Origin: a virus
Lineage: Duplodnaviria; Caudoviricetes
Length of the DNA stretch: 64,000 bases
Virus record (IMG/VR): IMGVR_UViG_3300029305_005484
Reading direction: 5' to 3' (one strand)
The translations under genes and the position numbers were made by a program. Positions 39,678-50,760 of this stretch are shown here, piece by piece. Within the stretch, counting starts at the first letter, position 1. Every line of letters starts with the position of its first letter. The notes below the pieces were generated by a model. That model did no database searches. It saw nothing but the letters and a program-made list of their open reading frames with translations, and was not told the DNA's origin.

Positions 39678-40577
39678 CTATTTAATTCCAGCAATTTTCT
39701 TTGTAACTGCATCTTGAGTTGTATATGACTCTGTATGGAATGAATAGTAATCTTTCTTGAAGATGTCTTTCTTCTCAAGAACATTATCAAACAATGCTTT
39801 CTTCTTACAATCTTTTACACAAAGTTCAAGTGCAAGTGGGCATTTTTCAATTGATCTTTCAATAACAGCTTTTGCAACTTCAAAGAGAGAATTATCCATT
39901 ACATCTTTATCACTTGAAATAATCTTAGTGATATCAACATCATACCAATCGGTATTATAGATTGATGGTAGGTCTCCTGCATGAGCATAACCTTCAACCT
40001 CGACCTCAGTACTAACTTGTACTACAAACCAATCAATTGGGTAAGAATCGTTGTGTGCAGTAATATCATATACCGGAATATCATATTTGAGATTGATAAT
40101 GAATCCGAATGGAATCTGTTCAGAATACTTTCTGAGATCATGTTCCACATTTGTACATGAAACAATTTTTGCTGACATAACTCCTGATCGATTTACTGTT
40201 TTAATACACTCTTTCATAGAGTTATGTAGTTTATATCTAACACATTTACATCCCAATCTTACACCGGTTAATTGAGGGAATTTTTCATTAATAATTTTCT
40301 TAAAGTTGTTCACTGCAACATATGGTATCAGCTCATCGCTGAAATCCTCTCCAAGAGTAATTTTGTTTTTAGGTTTTCCATATGCTTTAACTGCATCTTG
40401 AAGTCTTCCTTCAAATGATTTTGTTACTTCTATATTTTTCATTTCACTTTCTCCCCCATTTTCTAAATCTAATGTGATAAATACAATATCATCATTTTTA
40501 TTTTCTTCTTGTTTTTGTTTTCGATTACCGTATTTAGCTTTATTTAATAAAGCTTTAATAACTTCACTAAGTTTCAT
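39678..40577 (-). CDS. hypothetical protein
   Basis: 299-aa ORF. Confidence 0.7.
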   Translation of the reverse strand: MKLSEVIKALLNKAKYGNRKQKQEENKNDDIVFITLDLENGGESEMKNIEVTKSFEGRLQDAVKAYGKPKNKITLGEDFSDELIPYVAVNNFKKIINEKFPQLTGVRLGCKCVRYKLHNSMKECIKTVNRSGVMSAKIVSCTNVEHDLRKYSEQIPFGFIINLKYDIPVYDITAHNDSYPIDWFVVQVSTEVEVEGYAHAGDLPSIYNTDWYDVDITKIISSDKDVMDNSLFEVAKAVIERSIEKCPLALELCVKDCKKKALFDNVLEKKDIFKKDYYSFHTESYTTQDAVTKKIAGIK

Positions 40578-40602
40578 TTTTCATGTTTCCTTTCTTGGTA
40601 TT

Positions 40603-41316
40603 TTATAAATTTTCAGATAAGAAATCATTAATCTTATCTTTTTCAATCACTTCAATAGTGTCATTTCTACTCTTATAGACAACATAGTCATTGATTGGAC
40701 TTTCTTTATCTCCACCATTGTCCTTAAGGATTAAAATACAATCTAACCCTAATAACTCAATCCATGTTTGCCAGTTAACAGTAGACATTTTTGTTTTACC
40801 ATTAAGTGATTGATATAGGTTACTGAATGAATAACCTTTAGTAAATTTTCTCTTGTAACCACTTGTAGCAACCTGTTTAATTAAGAATATCTTCTTAATT
40901 AATTTCTTTAAGAAATCATCATCTTCCCTAATTTCGGGAACATAGATTGCTGTAGATGAAGCAGATTGAACTGGTAATAAATCTTTTGTATAGTTAACAC
41001 CTTCTTCACTCTTTTCGACAACCATACAAAGAGTTTTATTAATAATTGCATCTAATGTAATTACATCCCTGTCAATTGCTCCTCTAGTTACAATTTCATC
41101 TCCTACAAAACTAATTATAGGATAATTTGTTAATGTGGATGGTACGGTTTCGTAATATTTCCACAAGCAGTCATTATAGATATAGACAACCCCATCTACC
41201 AAATCCTCTCTGTTGAAATTTTTCAACTCTCCAGCAACAGTAACCCTCTGTCCTGTATAATAAGAATGAATAGGGAATTCTATCTTATCTATTATTTCTC
41301 TTTCTTCTGTCGTCAT
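40603..41316 (-). CDS. hypothetical protein (early)
   Basis: 237 aa, AGGGAG RBS, TATATTAT at 41340-41347. Confidence 0.75.
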   Translation of the reverse strand: MTTEEREIIDKIEFPIHSYYTGQRVTVAGELKNFNREDLVDGVVYIYNDCLWKYYETVPSTLTNYPIISFVGDEIVTRGAIDRDVITLDAIINKTLCMVVEKSEEGVNYTKDLLPVQSASSTAIYVPEIREDDDFLKKLIKKIFLIKQVATSGYKRKFTKGYSFSNLYQSLNGKTKMSTVNWQTWIELLGLDCILILKDNGGDKESPINDYVVYKSRNDTIEVIEKDKINDFLSENL

Positions 41317-41356
41317 TAGTTTATCTCCCTTCTATTAAAATAATATATGAATGAAA

Positions 41357-42106
41357 TTATACCAAAATCAGCTGTTGTCTTGGAATAAATAACTCATTTA
41401 ATTCTCTGGAATCCAACTTTAGTAAATTTAATCCAAGAGTAGTTGCTGATACGATTAGTTGCCCTATATTAATAGAGTCTAATATATCGATAAGTCCATC
41501 CAATTCATCAACTGTAAGTTCAGCTATAGTTCTAACTGCAGGATTTAATATTCTTATTCCCTCATATGAACTATATTCATTATTTCCTGCCATTTCACGA
41601 ATTATACAATACTGAAATTCTAACATAACCCCACGTATTGGAAGAAATTGTCTAGAATTTTGAGCAATTTCTTCATTTATATGAAGTTGATTATTCATAA
41701 AGAAAAACAAATCTCTCATATGAATTCCTTGAAGCATACTACGAAGAGTTTGCTTTAAAGAATTTATATGTAAATGAGATAAGTACATTGTAGTTTTAGA
41801 ATCAAACTTCCCATCCATATTTTTCATATTAAATGGAAAATCTATAGTAGGAGAACTACTCAAATATAAATTATTACCATCTACAGTTTGAACATACATT
41901 CTTGATGGACTAAGCATAGTTCTACCATACTTTTGATTACGGAGTATTGTATCTTGTGAATGTGTAAATCTTATCCTAAGTTTCAATGTTACATTTTTTG
42001 GCATCATTGGAAAATCAATTAGTACTTTCTCCACTTTCCTCTGGAACGGGTTCTTCAGCACGTTCTCCATCTGCCCAGTCTGGTTCTGCATATTGTTCAT
42101 TTCCAT
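41357..42106 (-). CDS. hypothetical protein
   Basis: 249-aa ORF. Confidence 0.7.
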   Translation of the reverse strand: MEMNNMQNQTGQMENVLKNPFQRKVEKVLIDFPMMPKNVTLKLRIRFTHSQDTILRNQKYGRTMLSPSRMYVQTVDGNNLYLSSSPTIDFPFNMKNMDGKFDSKTTMYLSHLHINSLKQTLRSMLQGIHMRDLFFFMNNQLHINEEIAQNSRQFLPIRGVMLEFQYCIIREMAGNNEYSSYEGIRILNPAVRTIAELTVDELDGLIDILDSINIGQLIVSATTLGLNLLKLDSRELNELFIPRQQLILV

Positions 42107-42419
42107 AATATTCCCCGTTATCTAATATAAATAATGCTCTAGCACATTCTTTCATAGTTTCATTTGCAAGTTGAATTTGTTTCATTTTCCTACAATCATA
42201 AGTTTGTAACTTATAGTCATTAAGAATTTTCAACTTAATCTTGTACTTTCTTTTATTAGCATTATCATTAATCTTATTTCTTATTAGTGTCATCACTAAA
42301 ACGATTAATGTAAATACAAGGAATAATAAAATGCATATACCTAACCACATAAGTAAAATGAATGACCATTGTTTACTCACAGGTTGTTCCTCTACTAATT
42401 CAATTATGAATTTCATCAT
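42015..42419 (-). CDS. membrane protein
   Basis: 134 aa, one hydrophobic helix, GGAGG RBS. Confidence 0.65.
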   Translation of the reverse strand: MMKFIIELVEEQPVSKQWSFILLMWLGICILLFLVFTLIVLVMTLIRNKINDNANKRKYKIKLKILNDYKLQTYDCRKMKQIQLANETMKECARALFILDNGEYYGNEQYAEPDWADGERAEEPVPEESGESTN

Positions 42420-42473
42420 ATGTTTATACCTCCTCTCTTTGGATATAATAAAGAGATGAAATTAATCATCTCT

Positions 42474-42799
42474 TTATTCATCTTTTTCTTCAACTATTTC
42501 TGTTGTTATTTCGCCAATTTCATGTTCAGCAATCATATCAGGTTCTCTTTCAAAGATTACTGATGGTTTGTCTCTAAAAGTACCAAATACTCTAATGTCA
42601 TCATCTAGAAATCTTTCTACATAATTCATTACTTCGTAATAATCTTCTTTAGTATCAAACTCAATTTCAAGTAAATCTTTTCCTTCTTCTTTAATGATAT
42701 GATTAATATCTTTAATGAAGTTTACCAAGAATGAATCTGGTTCACCCTCAGTATTAAAATATAACCCGTCAATTTTACTGAATGGCGAAAGAATACCAG
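42474..42799 (-). CDS. non-virion RNAP beta N-half, exon 2
   Basis: Spliced junction T|CT restores DPGTSGILSPFSK; 326 nt plus 1402 nt of exon 1 = 1728 nt (575 aa). Confidence 0.85.
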
Positions 42800-43904
42800 C
42801 AAATTCTCATAAATACTTTATGTCTCCATAAAGGTTAGACTATATCTTCATAATATATTCTGTTACCAAATATATTATGCCACCCTTTTCCATATATTTC
42901 TATATGTACTCTACTCACTTCTTCACTTAAGTCTTTCTCTTAAGCTATGCTTTCGATAGTCGTTGAACGTTCTTCTATCATATTTTTATATTTTCGATTC
43001 CATTGTTTAATATTACTATATGGAACATCTAATATTTTACTAATATCACGTAATCTTAAATCAGGTCGTGTAGTTCTAAGATTTATAAATTTAATTTTCA
43101 ATTCATCAGAATATTCTCTACGTCTAAATTTATTATATCCAGATATGTCATATTTATTTCTTATATAATCCCATGAATTATCTCTAAATCGTAAATGTTG
43201 GAATACTGAATATGTTATACCTGCAATTTTACAAATTTCATCAGGATACAATTCATTTTCTTCCATTAATTTAAGAGCAGTTTCTATTTGTTCATCTGAA
43301 TATATAGACGATGGATTTTCAGAACCACGTTTTCCTTTATATTGATTAAGTTCTTTTGTTAGTATATCATGTTCCTCTTTAGTAACCCATGCTAAGTTTT
43401 TATAATCATTATTTATACCATCACCATCTTTATGGTGAATATATGGTTTATTATCAGGATTTGGAACAAATGCTTCTGCAACTAATACATGAACATATTT
43501 TTTTATAGCCTTATCTTCACAATCTAATTTAATACCAGTTCTTAAATGTCCATCTTTTGTTAAATGAGACTTAATAATTTTTATTTCACCAGTATCTTTA
43601 ACTTTATATACCATACCATTAGATGATATAAGATATCTCGTTTTTATTCCATTTATAATTATCCATGCAAGTTTAAAATTTTCTTCCTGATTTTTCATTA
43701 AATCAAATACACGTTTTAGATTTTCTTGTGTACGATAATCTATTCCTCTAACACCCAATTATATCACCGCCTTTTATTTTATTTGATTGATAGAAGCTTC
43801 GCTGCTGATTGTCTCTATTCATTAGATTATTACACTTTGGTACCAATGACTTAATAAGATGTTCCAGCAATTAAAGTGGTTTTTGACGGGACACCTGGAT
43901 TTTA
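42800..43904 (-). mobile_element. group I intron with homing endonuclease
   Basis: P1 GGGACAU/GUGUCCC with U-G splice pair; P AAUUGCUGGAA; Q AAUCAGCAG; R UUCAACGACUA; S AAGAUAUAGUCUA; terminal G at 42800; P10 CCAG/CUGG. Confidence 0.92.
42940..43758 (-). CDS. intron-encoded HNH homing endonuclease
   Basis: VHVLVAEAFVPNPDNKPYIHHKDGDGINNDYKNLAWVT, C-terminal HTH-like segments; 3' end overlaps intron element R. Confidence 0.9.
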   Translation of the reverse strand: MGVRGIDYRTQENLKRVFDLMKNQEENFKLAWIIINGIKTRYLISSNGMVYKVKDTGEIKIIKSHLTKDGHLRTGIKLDCEDKAIKKYVHVLVAEAFVPNPDNKPYIHHKDGDGINNDYKNLAWVTKEEHDILTKELNQYKGKRGSENPSSIYSDEQIETALKLMEENELYPDEICKIAGITYSVFQHLRFRDNSWDYIRNKYDISGYNKFRRREYSDELKIKFINLRTTRPDLRLRDISKILDVPYSNIKQWNRKYKNMIEERSTTIESIA

Positions 43905-45306
43905 ATGTCCCAGGATCGCTGTTTCCACAAGTTAATAAGTCGAATTGACCTAAAAAGCTTGGATGGACACCGCGGTATCTGGCTGCGATATTATTACTAT
44001 TTTTCCGCCCCAATGAATGTGGTCCTTTTGACGTCCATTTGAAGCGGTTGAAAAATGACATATCGTTAATACACTCATAGAATCTTAATACACCTGATAC
44101 GTGCATTTTCTGTATTAAAATTGTCCCAGGGAATTTAAAGATATCAACTATATTTTCAAGTGTTACTTTATTTCCCATATTAATGATTCTATTAAGTCGT
44201 GTACTAAATTCTTGTGTTAGAAGTGATGCAATATATTCATTACATCTAAGTCTCTTATTTTCAAGAGACATATTATCTTTCATACGGAGTTGATTAAACT
44301 CCATTATAGCCCATCTAATGATAGCATAAACATCTTTCTTATGATAATCATCTATTTTAAGAATCTTTCTTGTAGTTTCATCAAGCATACGATTAAATGA
44401 TGTTAATGTATCCATACCTTTTTCTAAAGTATTAGATGGTGTTAATTTCTTAATAAATTGCTCAGTATTATCAATTTGAGATAGATCAAATCTATTTGTT
44501 AAAATAGATAAAAGACCTGCTACCATTGCTTGTACATATTGCCACTTATCAAACATTTCTTTATTTACTTCTAAATAACAAGTTTTTGATATTTGGAAAT
44601 ATAAGCAATTATCTTTTCTTTCATTAAGATTTGGTATTAAATGAATAATACTATCTACTTTCATATAAATAAGACCATATTCTATACCAAAATTTGATGC
44701 TACGAATAGCATAATATCAGTTTCCCTATGGAATACGAAAGTTCTAAATAATGGCATCATATAACTATTACCATCAACATCTTCATGTACTACAGGAACA
44801 CGTTTAATTACTATAGGCATTAAAGATTTAATAACGGTTGATGCTAATGTTGTATATGTAGATTTCTCTAGAAGTTGATAAATCAGATAGTATGGTTTAC
44901 CATTTATATAAAGATACCCTCTTTCATCTATCAATGGAATTAGCATATCTTTATTGATAATCTTTTCTCTGACTCTCTCTTGTCCTGTTTTAGGATCTTT
45001 TTCATTAATACTAATTTTAAGATGAACTGTAAGAAGTCCTACCCTATCATCATTGATTAGTTTGTAATCATATTGATATTTCTTAGGGACATTTTTATTT
45101 CTTTTGAAAATATGTCTATTAATATCAATAGTACTTTCTCTGGTATTAAAATCATACCCTAAAAACTTAATATACTTAACAACTTCTAGTGATTTCCATG
45201 AATCAACTACATAATCAACAATATTTCCATCTGCGGATTTAGTCATTAAATCTACATTAAGTTTTTCTTCATAATCAGATACATAATCTGATAAATACTC
45301 TAGCAT
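43905..45306 (-). CDS. non-virion RNAP beta N-half, exon 1
   Basis: IPLIDERGYLYINGK, KRLRCNEY, KGPHSLG, RYRGVHPSFLGQFDL..GNSDPG motifs. Confidence 0.85.
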
Positions 45307-45404
45307 ATTTTGAACCCCTTTCTCTGTTTATTCTATATAAATAATAAATAATTATAATTGAATTCTTCAAAAAATAAAAAGGAATTTCAATTATTTTTTA
45401 TTTA

Positions 45405-45440
45405 AGATGGATTACTTGATATTTCACAAGTAATCCATCT
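45405..45440 (-). terminator. intrinsic terminator
   Basis: AGATGGATTACTTG...CAAGTAATCCATCT. Confidence 0.7.
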
Positions 45441-45450
45441 CGCTTACATA

Positions 45451-46167
45451 TTATTCATACTTCGCTGTTGCATCTCCATCTTCTTTAAAGAATCCTTTTG
45501 AATATACACAAGGTTTATAAGAGATTTCAACTCCATCCTCTAATAATCTTGCATAAATATCATAGCATCCTGCCATATTGATAGTTGCTTCAAAAACGTC
45601 ATCTTTTGCTCTAAGAAGTTTCATGTAATCAACAATTGAATCATGAATTGTACAGAAAAGAGGCATAATAATTTCAGGATTTGGACCCTGAATTGATAAC
45701 TCTGATTGGAGTTTTTCAGATGCCATCTTTGTAATTTCTTTGATGTCTGAAACTGAAGTTGTAATATTTTCTTCATTCCACTGAGTACAACGAACAACAG
45801 ATTTCGGTTCTGAATCATCAACTTCTGTTAATTTATTATTCTCAATGTGTTTCATATAAAACATGAAGTTACCTAATTTTTCAAGGTCTTCATTTTCTTC
45901 AACATCAAAACTTGTTGTAAATCCAATTTCAAGTCTGTTTGCAATAATAATGCAATGACTGTCTTTTGTTTTTTGCAGATTCTTCAAATATCTTGAAATA
46001 CAATCGAAGATTACTGCATAACATGAGATAGGCACATACGGATATTTCAATTTAATTTTGAAATTTTTATAGATGATTGGAATTGCCATCTCACCAATTG
46101 TATTCACATCATCCAGATTTTCAATAACTACTTTTTCAAAATACTCTTGTGCTTTAGACATTGCCAT
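45451..46167 (-). CDS. hypothetical protein
   Basis: 238 aa, GGAGGT RBS. Confidence 0.75.
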   Translation of the reverse strand: MAMSKAQEYFEKVVIENLDDVNTIGEMAIPIIYKNFKIKLKYPYVPISCYAVIFDCISRYLKNLQKTKDSHCIIIANRLEIGFTTSFDVEENEDLEKLGNFMFYMKHIENNKLTEVDDSEPKSVVRCTQWNEENITTSVSDIKEITKMASEKLQSELSIQGPNPEIIMPLFCTIHDSIVDYMKLLRAKDDVFEATINMAGCYDIYARLLEDGVEISYKPCVYSKGFFKEDGDATAKYE

Positions 46168-46769
46168 TATTTACTACCTCCAGTTTTGTTATTTGACCAT
46201 TCAGGTTTCTTCGTAGTAATACGATTTGAACCGTGGTGTTGTTTTTCAACATTTCCATTCTTAGGATATTTAGAACCTTTATGGTTGTTTTTCTTATATC
46301 CACCTTTATTCTTGGAAGAATTTTTGTATTTTTGATTTCTGTTTGGAGAACCCTTTCTTCTCTTTTCAAACTTCTTCTTTGCTGATTCTTCTTTTTGTTT
46401 TTTAAGAGTCTCTTCAAGTTCACGTGCGAACTTAACTTCATTAAGAAGGATTTCTTTCAGATATGTCAATGCAATATCTGGAGAATTAATAGTTGAGTTT
46501 TCAAACAACAACTGAAGAGTTCTTCCATTAATGATAAACGTTGTAATTGATTTATGAGCTTCGAAAATATACATAGCAACCTTATATTCTCTAGGTTGTC
46601 CTTTTGCATCTGCTTTCTTGATTGTAAATACAATACCAAGCTTCCCACCTGATTCCTCTTTAGAATCATCGATTTTAAAATTGACTAAAAAGTCTTTTGT
46701 ATCATTTTTGAACTCATTTACTACTTCTTTCAATGAGTCTGAATATGTGGCTTTGTTCATAAGTTTCAT
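46167..46769 (-). CDS. hypothetical protein with K/N/G-rich tail
   Basis: 200-aa ORF. Confidence 0.75.
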   Translation of the reverse strand: MKLMNKATYSDSLKEVVNEFKNDTKDFLVNFKIDDSKEESGGKLGIVFTIKKADAKGQPREYKVAMYIFEAHKSITTFIINGRTLQLLFENSTINSPDIALTYLKEILLNEVKFARELEETLKKQKEESAKKKFEKRRKGSPNRNQKYKNSSKNKGGYKKNNHKGSKYPKNGNVEKQHHGSNRITTKKPEWSNNKTGGSK

Positions 46770-46802
46770 ATTCGGTATTTCCTTTCTATTTTTAATTTTA
46801 TC

Positions 46803-47351
46803 TTATTTTAGAATACTAATTTGTTTTAGGAGTTTTGCCATATCTATATTATAGATTCCTTCTATAACTCCTGCTTGTTTAAGTTTATCGGCTGCTAATT
46901 GAATGTCGATATCACTAAGATTTTCATTCTCACTTGCCATATATCTTGCCACTACCTCTTCAACAGGTCCGGCAGTTTCTGTACATGAAACCTTTCCATC
47001 TGATGAAATGAATACCGGTAATAATCCACGTTTATTTTCATCAAGTAAAATTTCTACTACGAATAATCCACGTGCATTCTCACTCAATTCATCAAAAGTT
47101 GTAATTCCTGTATCTTCGATTTTATTAAACATAATAAGTTCTGATAAATCAGATTCACCGATAGTATTACTGATAATATTATCAATTTTCGGTCCTTTAT
47201 GTTTTTTCTTTTTCTTCTTTTTCTTCTTACTCATATCATTCATGAATATGTCATAGTTTTTCTTTCTTCTCTTTTTACTAATGTCGTATCCATGATTTGA
47301 TGATCCAGAAAAAGTCTTTTCAAAATAACTTTTCTTACATTTTTTACTCAT
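46803..47351 (-). CDS. Lys-rich hypothetical protein
   Basis: 182 aa, poly-Lys tract. Confidence 0.75.
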   Translation of the reverse strand: MSKKCKKSYFEKTFSGSSNHGYDISKKRRKKNYDIFMNDMSKKKKKKKKKHKGPKIDNIISNTIGESDLSELIMFNKIEDTGITTFDELSENARGLFVVEILLDENKRGLLPVFISSDGKVSCTETAGPVEEVVARYMASENENLSDIDIQLAADKLKQAGVIEGIYNIDMAKLLKQISILK

Positions 47352-47412
47352 AAATCATAATCCTTTCTTATTAATAAAAACTTTAAAGAATTGTGAAATA
47401 TAACTTTATAAA

Positions 47413-47889
47413 TTATTCATCATCTTCTTCATCTTTTTCAAATGTTTTTGCAATAACATCTGCAATGAAGCTTTGACAAAGTCCTGTTATTTTCTCAACT
47501 CTGGAATTATACATGATTTTATTTGCAGTTTCATTTAAACCATGTTTTTCGATCTCTTTTCGAATCCAATCTTTATAGGTTAATCCATCTTCAGTAAGTG
47601 CAACCATTGGATATTTGAAGTGGTCTGATACTTTTACAATAACACATTCCAATGTTTTACCATCGGATGTTTTGCATCTTGCTAAGTATAAACCATTTTT
47701 ACCTTCTTTTAAAAAGTCTGAATAAGGCATATCCTTTTTAACAGGTTGGAATACTTTTTCAGATTCATGTTTCTTATCTTTATTCTTTTTCCCCTCTTTC
47801 CCCTTCTTATCTTTCTTTTTCTTCTTTTTCTTTTTTGGTTCCTCATCTTTGAAACCGAATGCATTTCCTAACTCCCAGAAATCACTCAT
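47413..47889 (-). CDS. Lys-rich hypothetical protein
   Basis: 158 aa, poly-Lys tract, AGGAGG RBS. Confidence 0.75.
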   Translation of the reverse strand: MSDFWELGNAFGFKDEEPKKKKKKKKDKKGKEGKKNKDKKHESEKVFQPVKKDMPYSDFLKEGKNGLYLARCKTSDGKTLECVIVKVSDHFKYPMVALTEDGLTYKDWIRKEIEKHGLNETANKIMYNSRVEKITGLCQSFIADVIAKTFEKDEEDDE

Positions 47890-47919
47890 ACTTTTGTCCT
47901 CCTTTATTTTTGGTATTTA

Positions 47920-50043
47920 TTAAATTCCATACTCTCTATCAAGTACAGATTTTAACCTATCAATAACTACAATTTTAGTTCCATATTTATTTGCATTTTT
48001 AATCTTACTTGAATTTACATCTAAATTAGGAACTACTAAATATGTGGTATCTTTTGTAACAGAATTTACAACTTTTCCACCTAAAGATATAATATACTTC
48101 TCAAGTTCAATATCTCGAACTTTAGTGAAACATACTGTAAATTTAACATCTGATAATGATTCATGATAAATATCAAGTTCTTTTCTTAAGAATTTAATAA
48201 GAGGTTTTACTTCTTTAATTCCAGAAATAATCTTCTTAGCTTTCTTTTCACCAATTCCTTTAATATCAACTAATGAATCAATATCTTTATCATCAACGAT
48301 ATCAAGTAATTCATCAAGTGTATATTTATTTAGAATAAGTTCAAAATTCTTTTCTGCTATTCCAGAAATTCCTAAAGCACCTAATACTAAATAATCAGGA
48401 ACTCTTCTTTTATCATTAATTTGTCTAATCCAATTATCAAATGATACTTTACCGAATCCATCAGTATTTACAATTTCATCTTCATGTTGTTCAAGTTTAT
48501 ACAAATCTGCAATATTTTTCAAAATACCCATATCATATAAAACATCAACTATAGCATATGAAATATCCATAATTCGTAGTTTTGTAAGATAATTTAAAAT
48601 AAGACCCTTCTTTCTACAATCACAATCCATATTTGTGCATATTAAAAATGGTCCTACTCTATCAAGTTTTTCACCACAACTTGGACATTCTTCTTTAGGT
48701 CTTATTGGATTATTTCCACTTCTCTCATATTCGCATTCAACATCCATTGTAGCATATGGGATTATATCATAAAGAATTTTTACTTTATCTCCTTTTGCAA
48801 GTCTAAGTTCTTCCATTCTTTCTATATTACTAAGAGATGCAGAACTTATTGTATTACCTTTCATTTTTATAGGTTTAAATTTTACAACAGGTGTAATTCT
48901 TCCTAATAACCCAACTTGAAATTCAATATCTGTTACTATAGAATATGCACTTTCTTCAGTAAATTTATATGCGACTTCAAAATTATTTTTATCATTATCT
49001 CTACCAAGAATTTTTCTTACTTCTTTATCAATGATATAAATAACTGCTCCATCGCATCTAAGACCATCAGCATATCTATGGTCTTGTGCAAAATTTTCAA
49101 TGTCATCATAATTACCAAGTTTAGTTCTTATGAATGGATGGTCAAATACTTCAGGACATAATTCTTCAATATCAGAATTTTCCTCAATATATCGTAATTG
49201 TATTATAACAAGATATTTGTTTCTTTCATCAGGAACATCTGAATTTATAATACCACTTGCTATTGAACGTGATTGTTTATAGTCTTTAGAATAATGCTGA
49301 TTATATTCTTCAACAGTTGCTTCTTCAACCATAATTTCTGTTTTAAGACCATAAGCTATTTCTTTAGTTGGTCCACCATCTAAAGTTCTAAGATTTCTCT
49401 TAAGACCATTAAAATGATGAGAAATATCTTCTGCTGTATTAAATTTGGTATATCCTCTTGTAAGAGCTCTATTTAAGCTTCCATCTTTATTAAATTCAAA
49501 TATAGCAGATACACCATCCCATTTAGGAAACACATATATATCCAATGAACGTAAATCAATATGTTTTCCAGTTTTCTTATAATAAAGATTCTCTGTCTTT
49601 TCAATCCATGAATCTAAAGACCTTCTAGATTTATTTTCTTTCTTATCTGGTTGATTTAAGTAATGAATTTTACTTAAAGTACCTCTAAGTTGTGGATATG
49701 AATGATAAGCAGTTTCTTTATTTTTGGATATACTCGGTAAAGTTATAAATTCTTCTTTACCATTTAAAACTATAAGTTCATATAGTTTATCATAATCTGG
49801 GTCTGATATATGAGTTTGAAAATCTGAATATGTGTAGATATAAAATGCTATTTCCACAATACCAGTCAAACTTTCAAGATCAGTTTTATCAAGATTAGTA
49901 TCACCAGAATCAAATCTATTTAACATCTGATGAATAAATAATTGAATATTTATTTCTGATAAGAAATTTGATGCTTCTTCATAAGTGATTAATTGATTTA
50001 CTAATGCATCTTTCATATCACTAATTTCTATTAATCGTTTCAT
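47920..50043 (-). CDS. ligA: NAD-dependent DNA ligase
   Basis: ISDPDYDKL, KWDG, LTRG, DGAV, AYKF, QVG..GRITPV, Cys4 Zn finger, HhH repeats, C-terminal BRCT; early promoter at 50073-50080. Confidence 0.95.
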   Translation of the reverse strand: MKRLIEISDMKDALVNQLITYEEASNFLSEINIQLFIHQMLNRFDSGDTNLDKTDLESLTGIVEIAFYIYTYSDFQTHISDPDYDKLYELIVLNGKEEFITLPSISKNKETAYHSYPQLRGTLSKIHYLNQPDKKENKSRRSLDSWIEKTENLYYKKTGKHIDLRSLDIYVFPKWDGVSAIFEFNKDGSLNRALTRGYTKFNTAEDISHHFNGLKRNLRTLDGGPTKEIAYGLKTEIMVEEATVEEYNQHYSKDYKQSRSIASGIINSDVPDERNKYLVIIQLRYIEENSDIEELCPEVFDHPFIRTKLGNYDDIENFAQDHRYADGLRCDGAVIYIIDKEVRKILGRDNDKNNFEVAYKFTEESAYSIVTDIEFQVGLLGRITPVVKFKPIKMKGNTISSASLSNIERMEELRLAKGDKVKILYDIIPYATMDVECEYERSGNNPIRPKEECPSCGEKLDRVGPFLICTNMDCDCRKKGLILNYLTKLRIMDISYAIVDVLYDMGILKNIADLYKLEQHEDEIVNTDGFGKVSFDNWIRQINDKRRVPDYLVLGALGISGIAEKNFELILNKYTLDELLDIVDDKDIDSLVDIKGIGEKKAKKIISGIKEVKPLIKFLRKELDIYHESLSDVKFTVCFTKVRDIELEKYIISLGGKVVNSVTKDTTYLVVPNLDVNSSKIKNANKYGTKIVVIDRLKSVLDREYGI

Positions 50044-50093
50044 ATTTTAATCTCCTTTTCCATTATAAATAAATAATATATCAATCACATAAA

Positions 50094-50125
50094 ATATCAC
50101 TAACCTTTATAAAGGTTAGTGATAT
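50094..50125 (-). terminator. intrinsic terminator
   Basis: ATATCACTAACCTTTA/TAAAGGTTAGTGATAT palindrome. Confidence 0.75.
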
Positions 50126-50130
50126 CTCAA

Positions 50131-50517
50131 TTAACAATCTTCTTCGGTTTGGCTATTGCATAATAATACTGCAGAATCATTATTTTTACCGTCATCTAAT
50201 AAATCTTTGATTTCTTTAAACCATTCATCTACTATAACTTTAAACATATTTTTCGTGACGATAAATTGTAACCATTTTGGAACTAATGGATATGCTATAT
50301 CAACAACCCAATTAAGTCTCTCTGGTCCAGAACCAGATTCAACAATGGCACGTTCTGCTTTTAAGAATAATTCATAGCAATCTTTTCTAATATCATTTAA
50401 AGTCTTTCCTCTAAGATAAATTACTAAGAAAAGTGCTACTAATACAACGCCTACAATAACTACTACCCAAACTGGAATTTTAGTTCCAGCGATAGTTTGC
50501 AATAATGCATTTTTCAT
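50131..50517 (-). CDS. putative holin (LL-H-like)
   Basis: Single N-terminal hydrophobic helix, AE..SGPERL..V motif, AAGGAGGT RBS, late promoter at 50545-50556. Confidence 0.6.
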   Translation of the reverse strand: MKNALLQTIAGTKIPVWVVVIVGVVLVALFLVIYLRGKTLNDIRKDCYELFLKAERAIVESGSGPERLNWVVDIAYPLVPKWLQFIVTKNMFKVIVDEWFKEIKDLLDDGKNNDSAVLLCNSQTEEDC

Positions 50518-50692
50518 AATACATATTACCTCCTTCATTAATTTTATAATAATGTCCAGACAGTAAATTGGTAGATAAGTACTTTTAATACTTATCTACC
50601 GTCGTGTCAAAAAATAATGAAGGTTCTAAAAATACACAGGATATATCACTGCTAAATAATTGTTTTACAAATATTATAAATTATAATATAAA

Positions 50693-50722
50693 AACCGGTA
50701 TGGAAATTAATCCATACCGGTT
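50693..50722 (-). terminator. terminator of the capsid gene
   Basis: AACCGGTATGGA...TCCATACCGGTT followed by U tract on the minus strand. Confidence 0.85.
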
Positions 50723-50760
50723 GTATTTATTTTCATTTTAGGTTTATAACTTATTATTGA

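Noticed and set aside
43822-43904. C-terminal LKSRCPVKNHF... of the 494-aa ORF
   Set aside because: Read-through into intron sequence; removed by splicing
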